DNA of 64,000 bases from a virus. The first letter of the stretch is position 1, and each line of letters opens with the position of its first letter. Where the stretch lies: positions 45,683 through 109,682 of the IMG/VR virus record IMGVR_UViG_3300014643_000020. The stretch is one strand, 5' to 3'. Below are positions 10,153-24,300 of the stretch, one piece after another. Below the pieces are notes generated by a model. That model did not search any database, had not been told where the DNA came from, and worked only from the letters and a program-made list of their open reading frames with translations. The position numbers and the translations under genes were made by a program.

Positions 10153-11310
10153 GGTAAGGGAGTTTTCCCTTCCTTTAATCCATTTTATTATATGTTTATA
10201 GATATGTCAATTTGGATTTTCTTAATTATTTTAATGACAATTAATATAATTTTGCTGATACAGTTTAAAAGAAATAAATAGTTAAAACAAATATTTTATT
10301 AGTGGAGGTTATATAACATGCAATTAAACAATATTAAAGGAATTACAAACACATATATATTTTATATTGATGATACACATGAAACAACTAAAATTGAATA
10401 CTTAAAAAGTATATATCAAGATATTTGTAATAATGTTATATTTTACGATAGAATGTTAAAGGAATCAGGCGAAATATTAAGACAAAAAATTGATGTGCTA
10501 GATAAAATAAAATGTCCATCAAATGAGGAAATAAAAAATACTAGGGACATATTAGTTAAAATTGATTTAGAATGTAAGCAAGAAAATTATATTAAGAAAC
10601 AATATGATACTTTTGGAATTAATAATATTACTAAATACGCACTTGATAAAAAAGAGCATTATTCAAAATTAAAAAAGCAAATAGAATTAATAATTAAATT
10701 ATAAAGAAATAGTTTTATAATAGGAGATTAAAAAATGAATAAAGAAAATATTTGTAATGAATTATTAAATGAATTAATTAGACATGAAAATACAAAAAAT
10801 AAAATTTTAGGTTACAATGATACATTTAAAAAGTACAAAATAGAAGTTAATGCAATTGATGAAAATGGGGTAAAATGCAGTAAATTACTAGCTATAAATG
10901 AAGATGAAGAAATAAAAGAATGGACGTATTACTTAGATTAATACAATAAAACTAAAATTTTATAGAAGGGAGGGTTGTATAATGCAGAGAGAATATACAG
11001 TTTTTAAAGATGAAGCTGGAAAGTATTTTGTAATATGGACAGACATGATTAATATATGCTTATTTGGTGGTTGTGTTGGTAAGTTAGAAATAGCTGAAAA
11101 GGGTTATATTAATAAAGATGAAAATTTATTTAGAAATTACATGGAAGTAAGAAAAAAATATAACTAAATAAAACCAAACAATTAAATTATAAAAGAAGGA
11201 AGGTGATAAATGAAAATATAAAACTTGACTATGCAAGTATAAAGAGACTATTAAGCATGGAGCGTTAAGAGGTTATACCTCTTAGGTTAGTAAATAATAA
11301 TATAATAATT

Positions 11311-12021
11311 ATGGAGGTCATGAAAATGACAATAAAAGAAATTGAATCGTTAACAATAGAAGAACTTGAGTTATTAAAAAAAGAAGGAAAAGCTGAACTA
11401 TTAATTATTAAAGAACATAATTGTTATTTAGTAGATTTAGGAGAGTATTTTGGTTATTCTGTATTAGTTTTTAAAAACAATAAACATATATATTATGCTA
11501 ATGATTATCAATTACATCATTCAAATATATCAATAGAGGAATTAAAAGAATGGTACATTAAAACTTTAAATAGTAAATTATTCACAGAGCTAGAACTGAT
11601 GGAAGATATACAAAATTATAATGAATATGATAAGAAAAGTCACTATGTAAGAAATTATTGGATAATGCAGTTTGATTATATTTCATGTTGGTATATTGGA
11701 GAACCAACAGAAGAACAGAAGAAAGCTAAAGAAAAAATGTTCTTTTGTCCTACTTGCTTTTGTTATGTAAACGATAAAAATATTATTGATAAATCAAATA
11801 AATTTATTACACATATAGAATTATCTTATAATAAAGCACAAGAAAATACAGAAGTTTTTCGCAAAATGATATCTTATGAATATTTAATTCTGAAGGCGGG
11901 CTCACCTGGTGTTTATAAGGAAACTTTAGTTGCTTAAGGATTAAATTTTAAAAATCTAACTGAAGAACAACAAATAATCGTAAAAGAAGAACTTAAAAAA
12001 CAAGTAGAAAATTACAATTAA
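11311..12021 (+). pseudogene. Hypothetical protein with an apparent premature stop
   Basis: TAA at 11935-11937, but the frame continues GLNFKNLTEEQQIIVKEELKKQVENYN to TAA 12019-12021 with no separate start. Confidence 0.45.
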
Positions 12022-14003
12022 TATAAATTACATTATAAATGAGTAGTTGATAGCTACTCTATAAGCTAATAAAAATAATTTGTTAGTTTATAAGATAGTT
12101 ATCAAGCTAAATAAAAATATAAATTATTGGAGGTTTAAACAATGAAAAAATATAGTGATTTAGGAAATGGAAGCTTTTTAGATTATGTTGTTTGTGGCGA
12201 AGAAGTAGACGAACAAATATATAATAACTTTTTAAATATATTACCACCTATTGGATTAAAAGGCGGTCAAGGATTTTCAGCAGGATTTCAAGTATCAGAA
12301 CCATATTGTCATAGAGAAGATAAAAATGGGAAATGGCGTGCAAAATATATGACATTTATTAAAAAGAATAATAAATATTATTATATGGGATTAAATTTTC
12401 AAGGTGAAATAAATTGCAGTAATTGTTGTAAATATAATTGTAATGATTGCATCATGAATGATAATTGCAGTAATAAAAATAAAATATGTGATTATTTATT
12501 AAATAATTAGGAGGTCTTTAAAATGTGGAAAGCAAGATATTTTACTGATAACAATACAAATAAATTATTAACATATAACGAAGCAAAAACACAAGGAAAA
12601 TTATATCGTTGTTGTAATTCTTGTAAACATTTTAATGATGATAATTTTTACAAGTGCAATAAACCTAAAGAGTGTTACAATGGATTTTCTGCATATGAGC
12701 CTAACGAAGATATGATTAAACAAGAGATAAATAATATTAAATAAATGGAGGATTTAAAAATGAGTAAACTACAATTTTTAATTAATAATAACGGAACAAT
12801 GGAGATGACACAAAATAAAAACGATGGAAATGTAACAATACATACATTTTACGATTCAAAAAGTTATACCGACACAGAAAATGATATGAATATAAATGCC
12901 GGGGATATGATAATGTTAATAAATTATTATAGCCATATCAAAAATAACGATATACAAAATGATTTTATAAATCCAAATGGTAGAAACAAAGAATAAAAAT
13001 AACATTTTAACACAGTAGGAGGTTTGAAAGTAGGTGATAAAATGCAAATAACAATAAATAAACGCTATAGATTAAACATAAATAAACTAATAGAAGCAAT
13101 AACTTTAACATTATCAAGTGTATTTTTGTTAATATTCCTTGTTTATTACTTGAGTATATTTTTTACAAACATATAGACAATTAAATTATAAAATATATAG
13201 ATTAGAAAACAATAGAAATTGGCTTTACATTTATTGTAAAGTAATATAAAATTAAAGTAGTGTATAAGGAGGTTTTGAGGATGACAATAAATGATTTATT
13301 AGAACAAGGGATAAGTATTGAAGGGAATATTATAATAAAAAGAATTGTATCTGATAGTGAAGAAATACTTTTTACTGGCGAAACATTAAACAAATGTGAC
13401 AATCACATAAAAGATAATAATATAACTTATATATATGCAAAAAATAATAATTTATATATTGAAGTAGAATAAATAAAAAAACGGAGGTTTTAAGATATGT
13501 CAATATGTGATTTTTTAGATTTTGCAACGGATGATAATGCAGAAATAGAAATATTTGATTTAGCAAAAGGCATAATAGTTTTTAAAGGTGAAATATCAAA
13601 ATGTTTAGAATCAGATTATGCAAATTTTGAAATATGTAGTTTTGATAGTTTTATAAATAAAAATACTCTTTGTTTAAATATAGATAGTATGAAATATAGA
13701 TAGTTTAAAAAGTAGAATTTAACAGTAACAGATGCTGTATTCCAAAACATTAGGAGGTAATAAAATGGAAAAAATAAAAGAAAAAGAATATGATTTATTA
13801 GATATGTGTAATGGCAAATGGTATACAGTAAATGAAGAATATTTAGGTCAAACTGTTTTAAAATTTGGGGAAATTGAAGAATTACAAATTGAAAACAAAG
13901 GGAAAACTTTAGTTGCAACTTATAATAATGGTGATTTAATTAGTTTTACAAATATACATGGAACGTGGGGCTTCCCTACTACGTTACAATAAGGGGTGTA
14001 ATA

Positions 14004-14378
14004 ATGGATTATAAATTAATACAAGATGAAGTTATATTTTTAACAAATAAAAATGATTCTTGTTATAAAAACGATGAACAATATTGCTTTGCATGTGGGT
14101 TAGCCATGAATATTTTACAAAATAATTATAAAAAAATACAGGTTACAATATCCAATGCAACAGCATCTTATATCAGAAGTTTAAATAATAATACTGTTCT
14201 ATCATTAAAAATTAAACATTTAATCAAACTAAATATTACTTTTATAGAAAATTTACCACAACGAATGAAGAACATATTTGCTTATATAATGGCTTATGAA
14301 CCTAATACAAAGAAAATGTCAGAAGATATGAAAAATCTATTATCTATGGGAAGTGTAGTAATAATAAATTTTAATTAA
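14004..14378 (+). CDS. Stand-alone protein resembling the C-terminal (Cas11-like) domain of clostridial type I-B Cas8b/Csh1; candidate anti-CRISPR
   Basis: NDEQYCFACG...NNTVLSLKIKHL...RMKNIFAYIMAYEP...LLSMG recalls the DxEYxFAxGQ...RFxxLYAMIxxYxP...IIAG pattern of Cas8b C-termini (from memory); ATG 14004 after AAGGGG. Confidence 0.5.
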   Translation: MDYKLIQDEVIFLTNKNDSCYKNDEQYCFACGLAMNILQNNYKKIQVTISNATASYIRSLNNNTVLSLKIKHLIKLNITFIENLPQRMKNIFAYIMAYEPNTKKMSEDMKNLLSMGSVVIINFN

Positions 14379-14455
14379 TAATACTTGCATTAATTGTCCC
14401 AGCGAGTACAAATGCAAATATTACAAAATGTTAACAATTAATTTATAATATTATG

Positions 14456-14484
14456 TTGACATATAAAAAATAAAAGTGTATATT
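14456..14484 (+). promoter_or_regulatory. sigmaA promoter
   Basis: TTGACA 14456-14461, 17 bp, TATATT 14479-14484; operator motif at 14433-14448. Confidence 0.7.
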
Positions 14485-17400
14485 AAGAGTATAAGGAGGT
14501 GTTGCTCATAAGTCAATACAAATAAAAACGATGATAATAATAAATGATGAACGGAATCATTTTATATACTTAAAATTTAATAATAGGAGGGTTGCCTATA
14601 GGAAAACAAAATAAAAATATATAACAATTAAATTATAAAAACAAGGAGTGAAAGCCTATAAGAAAATATTAGAGTGGTTAATCTACTCTTTAAGCTAATA
14701 AAAAGAGTTTTGTTAGTTTAAAAAATAGATTAACAATTAATATAAGGAGGTTATATCAATGCAAAATATCATTGTAAATGGTAAATTAGAATACATATTT
14801 AATGATGATAGTATAATTGACATAATACGAAAACATACTGGTGATGAATTAGCTGATTTAATAGAAATAAAAATAAATCAAGCAGATTTAAATCAACTAA
14901 TAGCAGAAGAAAAATCAAAAACAGATTGTGAAGTTTTCGAGAGAGAATTAGATGCTCATCAATCAGCTTTTAGTGATATATTAGACGAAATAAAAGTAAT
15001 TCAGGAGCATTTAAACACAGCTAAAAAACTTGATAGAAAACTAATGTTAAGTTGTTGTGATGACATAGAAAAAGAAATAAGTAATTATTATTAAGAATTA
15101 AATTATAAAAGATTTATTTTATTCAAAGTAGGAGGATATAAAAAATGAGAGATTATTTAAAATTTAGATTAGTTGATAAAAATAATAATGATAGAACATA
15201 TACATACGCAACAAATGCAAAACAACAAGATGTAGAAGAAGCTATAAAAGAAGTGGCTAATATATTATTAGAAAAACAAAGAATAGTACCAGATGAAGAA
15301 ATGATTATTAAATTATTAATTCAAAAGGGTTTCCAAATTATTTGTTTGGATTGTGGTTGTATAGAAATTGAGTTTTAGGAGGTAATAAAAACAATGGAAA
15401 GTAATTTATATATATGGACAGAAAATTATAAAGGTGGAATCAATAATTTATGGGTTGCTAAATGTGGTGTATATGATATATTAGCAACGAGTGAAATATC
15501 TAAAGAGCAAGCGATTAGGAATCTAAAGAGAAAGATTAATAAAAACAATTAAATTATAATAGGAGGATATAAAAATAATGAAAACTAAAATGACTATGAA
15601 AATATTAACAACAATTGATTATATACAAACACAAAGAAAAGCATTAGCAATACTACACAATGAAATAAAACCTGATAAGGTTAATTATATAAAAGAGTTA
15701 GAAGAAATATATAATAATATACCTTTACCACAAGGAATGAATGCATCAAAAGCATGTTTTGAAGCAGTATTATCTTATCCTTTAACAAGTGAAATAATGA
15801 GTACTGAAGCTGAAGATTTACCGAAAAAATTTGAGTTTGGATATTAGAAGGATGTAAAAATAAAAATGAAAAAATATAATGAACTAAACCAAGAACTACA
15901 ACAAGAAGCCCAAAGATGGCATCCAAACAACTACGAAAAATGGACTTATAACGTGCAAGATAACAATATCAGATTTTGTATAATATAGGAGGTAAAATAA
16001 ATAAAATGAATCCTGAAATGAAAAACGGATGCTTTTTAGCAACACATGTAATAGAAAAGATACAACAATTATATAAAAATAGTGACTTAGAAGTTTTAAA
16101 TTATTTACATAAATGCTTCCCAAGAGATTTAGAACTCGAAAGGAAATATGCTCAACTTGATTATGATAATAGCAAAATAGAAATATTTTGGGAAGTAATG
16201 AGATATTACGGATTAGTGCAGTATTTAGTATAACTATAAATTGCATTAAAAGTATACAGAGATATACAATGCAGAACCAAAATATAATACATATAAAAAT
16301 AGTTGGAGGTTAGGAAATGAAAATATTAAATTACATAATAAATTATATGATAGAAACAGAAAATGGTTTAAAGGAAACAGATGAAATATATTTTTCTAAA
16401 AAAGATATGCTTACCCGTTATCTAAATATATTAAATAAGCATAAAAAATTTCCAGCTTGGGGCATTGGTAGTATTTCAAGTTTAAAAATAAAAGTGGAAT
16501 AGAAAGATAATACAATAGAAGATATAACTGGAAAAATTAATAAGTTTATTTATAAATAAGTAGTTAAAATCAGGAGGTTAGGTTATGTTAGAAAAGTATA
16601 ACGAATTGTTAAAAGAATATAATTTATCAAAAAGTGAAAAAAGAAAAGCATGGGAAGTAGAGCCTAAAATTCCATCGTGGACAGAGTGTTTATATGAAGA
16701 TTTAAAACCACTTGAAGAATTGTCTGGTTTAAAATTAGAAGTTACTAAACCTATGGGAATTATACATAAATCATATATTGAATTAAAAGATAAAAATGAA
16801 TTGAAATACAGTATGACAATAATTCCTTATTTTGATAATGATAGTAATATGTATTTAAAATATGATACACAAAAAAGAAGAAGCTTTACGAATAAAAATA
16901 ATTACATTGAAGTTTTAGACAACATAAAGGATATATTACCAAATACTATCAAAGAAATTTGGGTAGTTATGAAAGAATTAAAAATAAGTATTTAAAATCA
17001 GTTTTTTATAGGAGGTATAAAAATATGAAAGAGTATATTAGTAAATCTGGTTTACATGTAGTTGTAGGTAATGACAGTATTTTAGAACAATTTGCATATA
17101 TTAATGATAAAAAACGTCTATCAAAAGTAGACACACCAATTATGTTATGTGATACAATTTTTGGCACACTTGATAATATGATTAGAATTTGTTCTTTAGT
17201 AGAAGCGACATAATAAAATAGGTTTTGAATTTATAAGTAATTCACAATAGATAGTTTGTGATAAATAAAAATATTGAATTTTGGAGGTTATAGAATGAAT
17301 ACTGAAATAAATACTTTGAGAAATAAAGCTTATACAAGAGCATTAGAAAATAATGATATTAGAAAAATAGACAAAATAATAGCTAATATAGATAAATTAA

Positions 17401-19021
17401 CAAAAGAAACATTTTGGGATATGATTAGAAATTTACAAAAACAGTATGTTCAGACCATTCACTAAATAGATGGTAATGTATAGCTGAATGGTTTTATGAT
17501 GAGTTATATAGTGAGTATAAATTATTTTTGGAGGTTAATATGTGTGATTTAATAGATTGTAAAGATTGTAGTAAATATAATGTAAATGAAACGATTTGGT
17601 GTGAAGAAATAGAAGAATTATGGAATCAACTAGAGGATATTAGTTATAATCCTGATGAAATGATAATAGAAGAAGATTTTATACACTTTAAAGCTGGAAC
17701 AAATATAAAAGAAATATGGAAGTGGTTTGCTGATAGATTAAATATAACAATACAAGATTTGTTTAATTAATTAAGATTTGGAGGTTATAAAATGGATTAT
17801 ATATTAAAAATGCTTAAACAATATAAGATAAAATTTGATTTTGTTATAGAAAATTCATTAAGAGTATATGGAAATTTTAAAGGATTTTCTACTCTTAGAT
17901 ATTCAGAAAATCAAATTATAGTTGATGGAAGATGTACAGATAAGGAAGAATTTGAAAATTGGCTGTATTTAATCTCATTATAAAACATTAGATTTATACT
18001 AAGTATAGTTAGAAGATTAATAAAATAATTGGAGGGTTTAAAGTGGTAACATATAATTCAACAAAGAGGTTATTAAGGAATGATTTTAGTAAATATAATG
18101 ATATACAATTGTTGCAGAAATCAAAAGTTAAGTTGCTTGATGCTTATAGAATGACAGTGCAATATATCGAATTTTGTTTGGCTAAAGAGTCATTAGAAAG
18201 AGGATTTACAACAATAGCAATAGCAGATAAAGATATTGAAGGAGTATTTAATAATATTACTCCTGTTGATATTTTTTTAGGTGAAAATATAAAACACGGA
18301 TTATCGGTAATTGATAGAAGAATAAATGAACTGTTACAATAAATAGTCTGTTTTATGTGAAGTAAATAACAAAGAGAGGTTATAAAAATGTTAGAATTAT
18401 TATTTACATGTGAATGTATAGATTATAACAAGGAATATAGCGTAAATAAATATTGTTTTGAAAACAAAATAGCTAGAAAAATTGAAAAAAATAAAGACAA
18501 AAAAATATATTTAAATGGGAACGCATATGATGTTTTCTTTGAAAGGGTAGGTAATGAAGTACTGGTATATGGTAAAAAGTGTTAATAAATCTGTGATTTG
18601 AAGTGTTAAATAAAAATAAGTGAGGTGTAACATATTGAAACATAACATAGATAAAAATAAACATTACTTTGCATTAATGCATCCAATTGAACATGCAACA
18701 CCATTTTTTAATGTTGTAAATCATAATAAATTTAATTGGGTTGAATGTTGTGTTGACGAATCAAGATTTAAAGTAGAAGATGGATACAAAATAACATTGA
18801 GAGCATTAAATCCTTTATATTCATTTAGCCATTATTATCAATCAGATTTTATGAGCCTAATAGAAGATGGATATATAATACCAAAAACAAGTGAAAATGC
18901 ACAAGTAAGACACATTAAAGAAATGCATAAATCAGGAAATTGTGTTTACATAATTGAATATGATACTGTGGTTGAATAGATAATAAAATCGTGAATTTAA
19001 ACTAAATAAGGAGAGTAAAGT

Positions 19022-19618
19022 ATGTACATTATATCAAATAAAAATAAAAATAAGTTTATACAATTACTTGATAGTAAAGCAAAAGTAACATTAAATATAA
19101 GTGATGCTCACATATGGGATAAAGAGAAAAGAGTTAATAATTATTTAAATAATCTATCTAATAGTATAAAAAATAAAGATGTATGGGTAGTTTATAATAT
19201 AGATACAACACTTAATTTCTATGATAATATAAAACCACAAAACTCTAGTACGGATAATGCAAATGTACAAAATATAAATAAGCGTACTAATATTAAATTA
19301 GAAGTAAGAAAAGATGTTTACAGAAAAACAAAAGGTTATTGTGCTTTGTGTGGTAATTTTGTAGACTATGAGGATTTTACATTAGACCATATAATACCAC
19401 TTAGCAAGGGTGGAACAAACGATATAAGTAATTTACAATGTGCATGTAAGGTATGTAACAATATAAAAACTGATATCTTACCTGATGAATTTCTTGATAA
19501 AATATCTCAAATAATTATACATAATATAAAAGTAAATTATAATAAAAAGGTTGGGAATAGCTTATTACATAATATAATCAAAGCAAAGTTCTCTTTTAAA
19601 AAGGTTTTACAATCATGA
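19022..19618 (+). CDS. HNH endonuclease
   Basis: CALCG...TLDHIIPLSKGGTNDISNLQCACKVCN. Confidence 0.9.
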   Translation: MYIISNKNKNKFIQLLDSKAKVTLNISDAHIWDKEKRVNNYLNNLSNSIKNKDVWVVYNIDTTLNFYDNIKPQNSSTDNANVQNINKRTNIKLEVRKDVYRKTKGYCALCGNFVDYEDFTLDHIIPLSKGGTNDISNLQCACKVCNNIKTDILPDEFLDKISQIIIHNIKVNYNKKVGNSLLHNIIKAKFSFKKVLQS

Positions 19619-21048
19619 TTTAAACTAATAAAAATAAAAATAAGGAGTATATAAAATGAAATTAACAAAGCAAGAAAGAGAAAAACTAGAACAATTTTTA
19701 AATCAAATTAATACTGATAACAATAATTGTTCAGGTGTTGTAGGTTCTATGGTGAATCAATACCAAAAAGGATATATTGATGGGATAAATACTATATTGA
19801 GCATATTAAATATCAAATAACCATTTGAAAGGTGGGATAAATATGGCAAATAAAATAGAAATAAGTTTCAATAATTCAATGGATAAAATAAAAAAGGAAA
19901 TTAAAGAAATAGAATCTATAGGGTATATTGCAGTAGGAAGTTATGGACATGATTTTGATATGGGTAATATCTATGAATATGCTTATGGCGATGATGCAGA
20001 CGAAGTAATGAGTAAACATTTAGAGCATTTAATGAATTGTGAAAGGTAGGTAAATATGGAATATAAAAATGTAGGAACCTATACAGGAGCAGTATGTTTT
20101 TCAATAAGATATTTTATAAGTGATGGACACTATAAACATTTTGCTACATTGGAAGAAGCAAAGCAATATATAGATAATAGAAAGGAATAAATAAAAATGA
20201 TAGGAAATTTTGATATAAACAAAATAGTAAATGAAGAACTAGCTTTGGCATACATAACAGGCAAACAAGACGTCTATGTAGAAATTCAAGAAATTTTAAA
20301 ACATAATACAACAAGTAATGGTTATGATGTGTTAAATGTATTAGATGAATTGATTGAATTAATAAGTATATAAAATGAGAATTTTAAGGGAAGTGATAAT
20401 ATGAAAATATTAAAAAGATTATTTTGTGAACATATTTACAATTTATCGCATAGTGCAAAAGCTACTCGTAGTGAAGGTGATGATAATTTAGAAGTAAAAT
20501 GGGATTTTTACGAATGTAGACTATGCAATAAAGGGATTACTATTGAAGCAATAATTAATAGAGATAAAAATTTTTATAATAAGGAGTATATGAAATGAGT
20601 ATAGATAATTTATTAGACCGTAAAGATTATTTAGAAGGACATATACAAGAACTTAGACATTATAATTGTGATAATGAATTACAAATAATAATAAATCAAA
20701 ACAATTTAATGGATGTAATACAAGAATTAAAACGTGCTGGCGTTGTGTTAGGAGGGTTATAGTAAAATATGTGTAAAATATGTGAAACTTGTTATTGGGC
20801 ATTACATGGAGATGGGAGTGGTCAAAGTATCTGTATTGAAACCTTACCATCTAAATTAATCAAGGAAAAAGGTAAAGAAACAAAAGACTATTATCACTGT
20901 GAAGGAAAACTTTATAAATAGTTTGAAGAATTATCAAATGACTGGTATTCTGAAGCATGAGCTCTACGTATATTAGATTAGAGGGAATAAAAACAGTATT
21001 TTAACATGATATGCAAGTATGATATAATATAGTAAAAAGGAGGTTTAT

Positions 21049-21360
21049 ATGGAAAATAGCGATAATTTAATATATGAAAAAGATGGAGTTATAGTTTTAT
21101 TTTGTTACTGTTCGTTAGGTATTTATATAATGAATATAACAAGTAAATATTCTCAACAAGGTATTGGAACAAAAGTATTAAAAGAATTTATTAATGATTA
21201 TAAAAATAACAATATTTATTTGTTTTCAAGTGGAGAATTTGATGTTGATACAGAAATTTTAAATAAATGGTATAGTAAATTAGGATTTGTAAAAACAAAT
21301 ATAAACATAGCTGATATACCATATAAATGTTCACATGTTTTAATAAATAAAAATAATTAA
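21049..21360 (+). CDS. GNAT-family acetyltransferase
   Basis: QQGIGTKVL acetyl-CoA motif and WYSKLGF. Confidence 0.7.
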   Translation: MENSDNLIYEKDGVIVLFCYCSLGIYIMNITSKYSQQGIGTKVLKEFINDYKNNNIYLFSSGEFDVDTEILNKWYSKLGFVKTNINIADIPYKCSHVLINKNN

Positions 21361-24300
21361 AATTTAGTTGAGGTAATAATATGTTAAGTAAATCGGTTTT
21401 AAGTAAAAAACATGAAAAGCTTATTGATATAGAAGTAGAAATACCTAATAGTGAGGAAATAAACAGTTTAGGTTTCAATAAAGATTGGATTATTATAGAC
21501 CATAGAGGAAATGCAGAAAATAGTCTTATAGAAATTATTAAAATTATTTCTAAGAATACTAAATATGAGGGAGTATGCAATAATATTGTTAAAAAGTGTG
21601 AAGATATATTTAAAAAATACGAATAATTAGCTAAAAATAAAATTTAACGAGGTGATTTAATGAAAGAAAAATTATTAGATAAAGAAGATAAATTATTTAT
21701 CATGATGAGTTTACTAATGATTATAAGTAGCTGTTTGATGATGTTGGTGATAAATTCAAAATTAATGTGAGGTGTAATTTGAATAGATGGCAATTAACAG
21801 ATGAAGTAAAAAATAAATATAAACCAATAATTAAAGAATTTCTTGATAAAATGAAATCTTTAACAGTTGATGAAATTGAACAAATGGATAATGAAGAATT
21901 TACATTGTGTTTAAGTGACACAGAACTAAGACCATACACATTATTAGAATTACTGAAAGAGTTTGGATATGGAGACGAGGAATTTGATGACAACGGGTGG
22001 GAATTAGATTTTTGGATAAGGATTCAAAATGATAAAGAAACATATGATTCAACCTGTGAAAAATTATGTATACATGGTTGTGGAATGACATTTGAATTGA
22101 ATTTATCTGTAAGTGAATTTATGTAACTAATCATAGTTTTAGTGAGGTGATAAAAATAGATAGATTAAAAACTATTGTTGACCATATTATAAAATGTATT
22201 AAAAATAATGAACTAATACAAACTGTATTGATTGAAGAATATAATCAAATTATCATAAATCAGAAATATAAATGTAATTGAAGTTACGATAAAAAGATTG
22301 TTTTAAAGGGTAATAAATGGTAAAATATAAATAATAATATTAGGAGGATATAAAAATGAGTAAAGTTAGATTAATAATAGAAGTGGAAATTGATGAATCA
22401 GAATTAAACTCAATGGATAGTAGTCAAAATGATTATGAGCCTTTAACAAAAGAACAGTATTTAGAAGGATTAGAATTTAAGTTTACAGACGGACAAATGA
22501 GAATATATAATGAAATAGAGCAATATTACAATGACAATGAAGGTGATTCTCAATGTATGGTAAATCCAAAATTTATTAGTAAAGAATTGATTAAATAATT
22601 AGGGGGCATGAAAATGCATGAAATAAGAAAAGATTATAGACTTATCAACGATGAAGAAATTGAAACATGGACAGGAGAATTTTGTAGTGCAAATACAGTT
22701 GAAGTAGAAGTTGGAACTAATGGTTATAAAGGTGGAGACACTGGTCACGGAAGTAGAACATATTTCAGATTTAAAGATTTAGCTTGTACAGATGTTTCTA
22801 TAAAATGCACTGAAGATGAAGTAGAAATTGAATTAGGTGGAGATACAGAATTAGAAACATTCATTCAATCATTAGAGTTTGCTTTAAAAGTTTTGAAAGA
22901 ACAATCTAAAGAATAGTATTAGGAGGATATAGAAATGTCAATATATAAAAATAATACAATTCAACAATTTGAAGAATTTAAAAATCAACAGAATGATTCA
23001 GAAGAAAGAGAAATTAAGAGAGAATATATTAAAGAATTAGGGCATTTTTTAATCGACTACGCTGAACGTTTAGAAGAATTTAGCGATATGTCTGCCGAAT
23101 CAATAGAAAAGAGGACTGCATTGTTTTATGACTTTAATGAAGCTATGAGAAGTTGTGATATAGTAAATAAAAATAATTAGGAGGATATAAAAATGGATAA
23201 AGGAGATAAAGTAATAATAAGAAAGGATTTAATTATAGATAATTTTTATGGTGGTTTAAGATTTCATAATGGTATGAGTAGATATAAAGGCAAAGAAACT
23301 GAAATTCTTTGTAGTCCACATTATAATAAAAATGCTTATTGGGTAAAATGTGATGAGGGATACGATTGGTCGGAAGAAATGTTTGAAAGGTAATAAAATT
23401 GTGTTTTTAACCTAATCACAATATTGAAATTGCAATATATTGAGAGGTGATAAATTGAAGTATATAATTAAATGCCTTGATGAAAATGACATTTTAATTA
23501 AAATAATAGAAATAGAAGCTGAAAATAGTTATATAGCAGATAGAAAAGTTGGAAGATTAGTTGATAACGATAGTGATTATAAAGATATATATAGTTGGAC
23601 AATACTTAATGAGCAGGAGAATAAAAATGAAAATATATAAAAATAAATACCATACAACTAAATTAAAAAAGGAGAAGAATAAATTATGAAGAAAGAGTTT
23701 AAAATAGTGATAATAATATTATTTATATTAATAACATTATTAAATATAATACAATTAATTTATAAAGACGAAACAGTTGAAATATATTTATACAGAATAG
23801 AGATAGAATCATTCAAACAAATGAATAACAATATCGGGATGTATGTTGAAAAAGAATGTGACAGTAATTTCATATTAAGAATAGACCAATTGCAGGTGTT
23901 ATATAATAGAAATTCAGAACAACATATAAATATTTATAAATTAAATTATAAAAATCCTATTCAAAGGCTATTTTTTGATGCTGGATTAAAAGCGGAAGTA
24001 TATTTGCAATATTCAGAACTAAGAGGTAAAATTAATGAATAACAATATTAAGAACATATTAGAATATTTAATTAAAATATTTCCGAATCAGACTTGGGAT
24101 GAGTTAGAACAAGACATAAAAGATAAAATGGTAACATTAGATAATGAACTGTTTAACATGTTTAAAGCATTGACATATTACAAAGACTTGAATAAAAATA
24201 ACCAAAGGGTAGTAACGTCTGTAAATCAATATATTAAAATGTTATTACAAGAAAATAAGAAGGTGATGGCAAGATGATAAAAATAGAATATAAAAATAGT

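Larger units (their letters stand above)
8969..24277 (+). other. Array of ~50 small co-oriented hypothetical genes (early accessory region)
   Basis: Consecutive ~30-200 aa ORFs, most with a strong AGGAGG-type RBS; many junctions carry TAAAA-N6-TTTTA. Confidence 0.85.
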
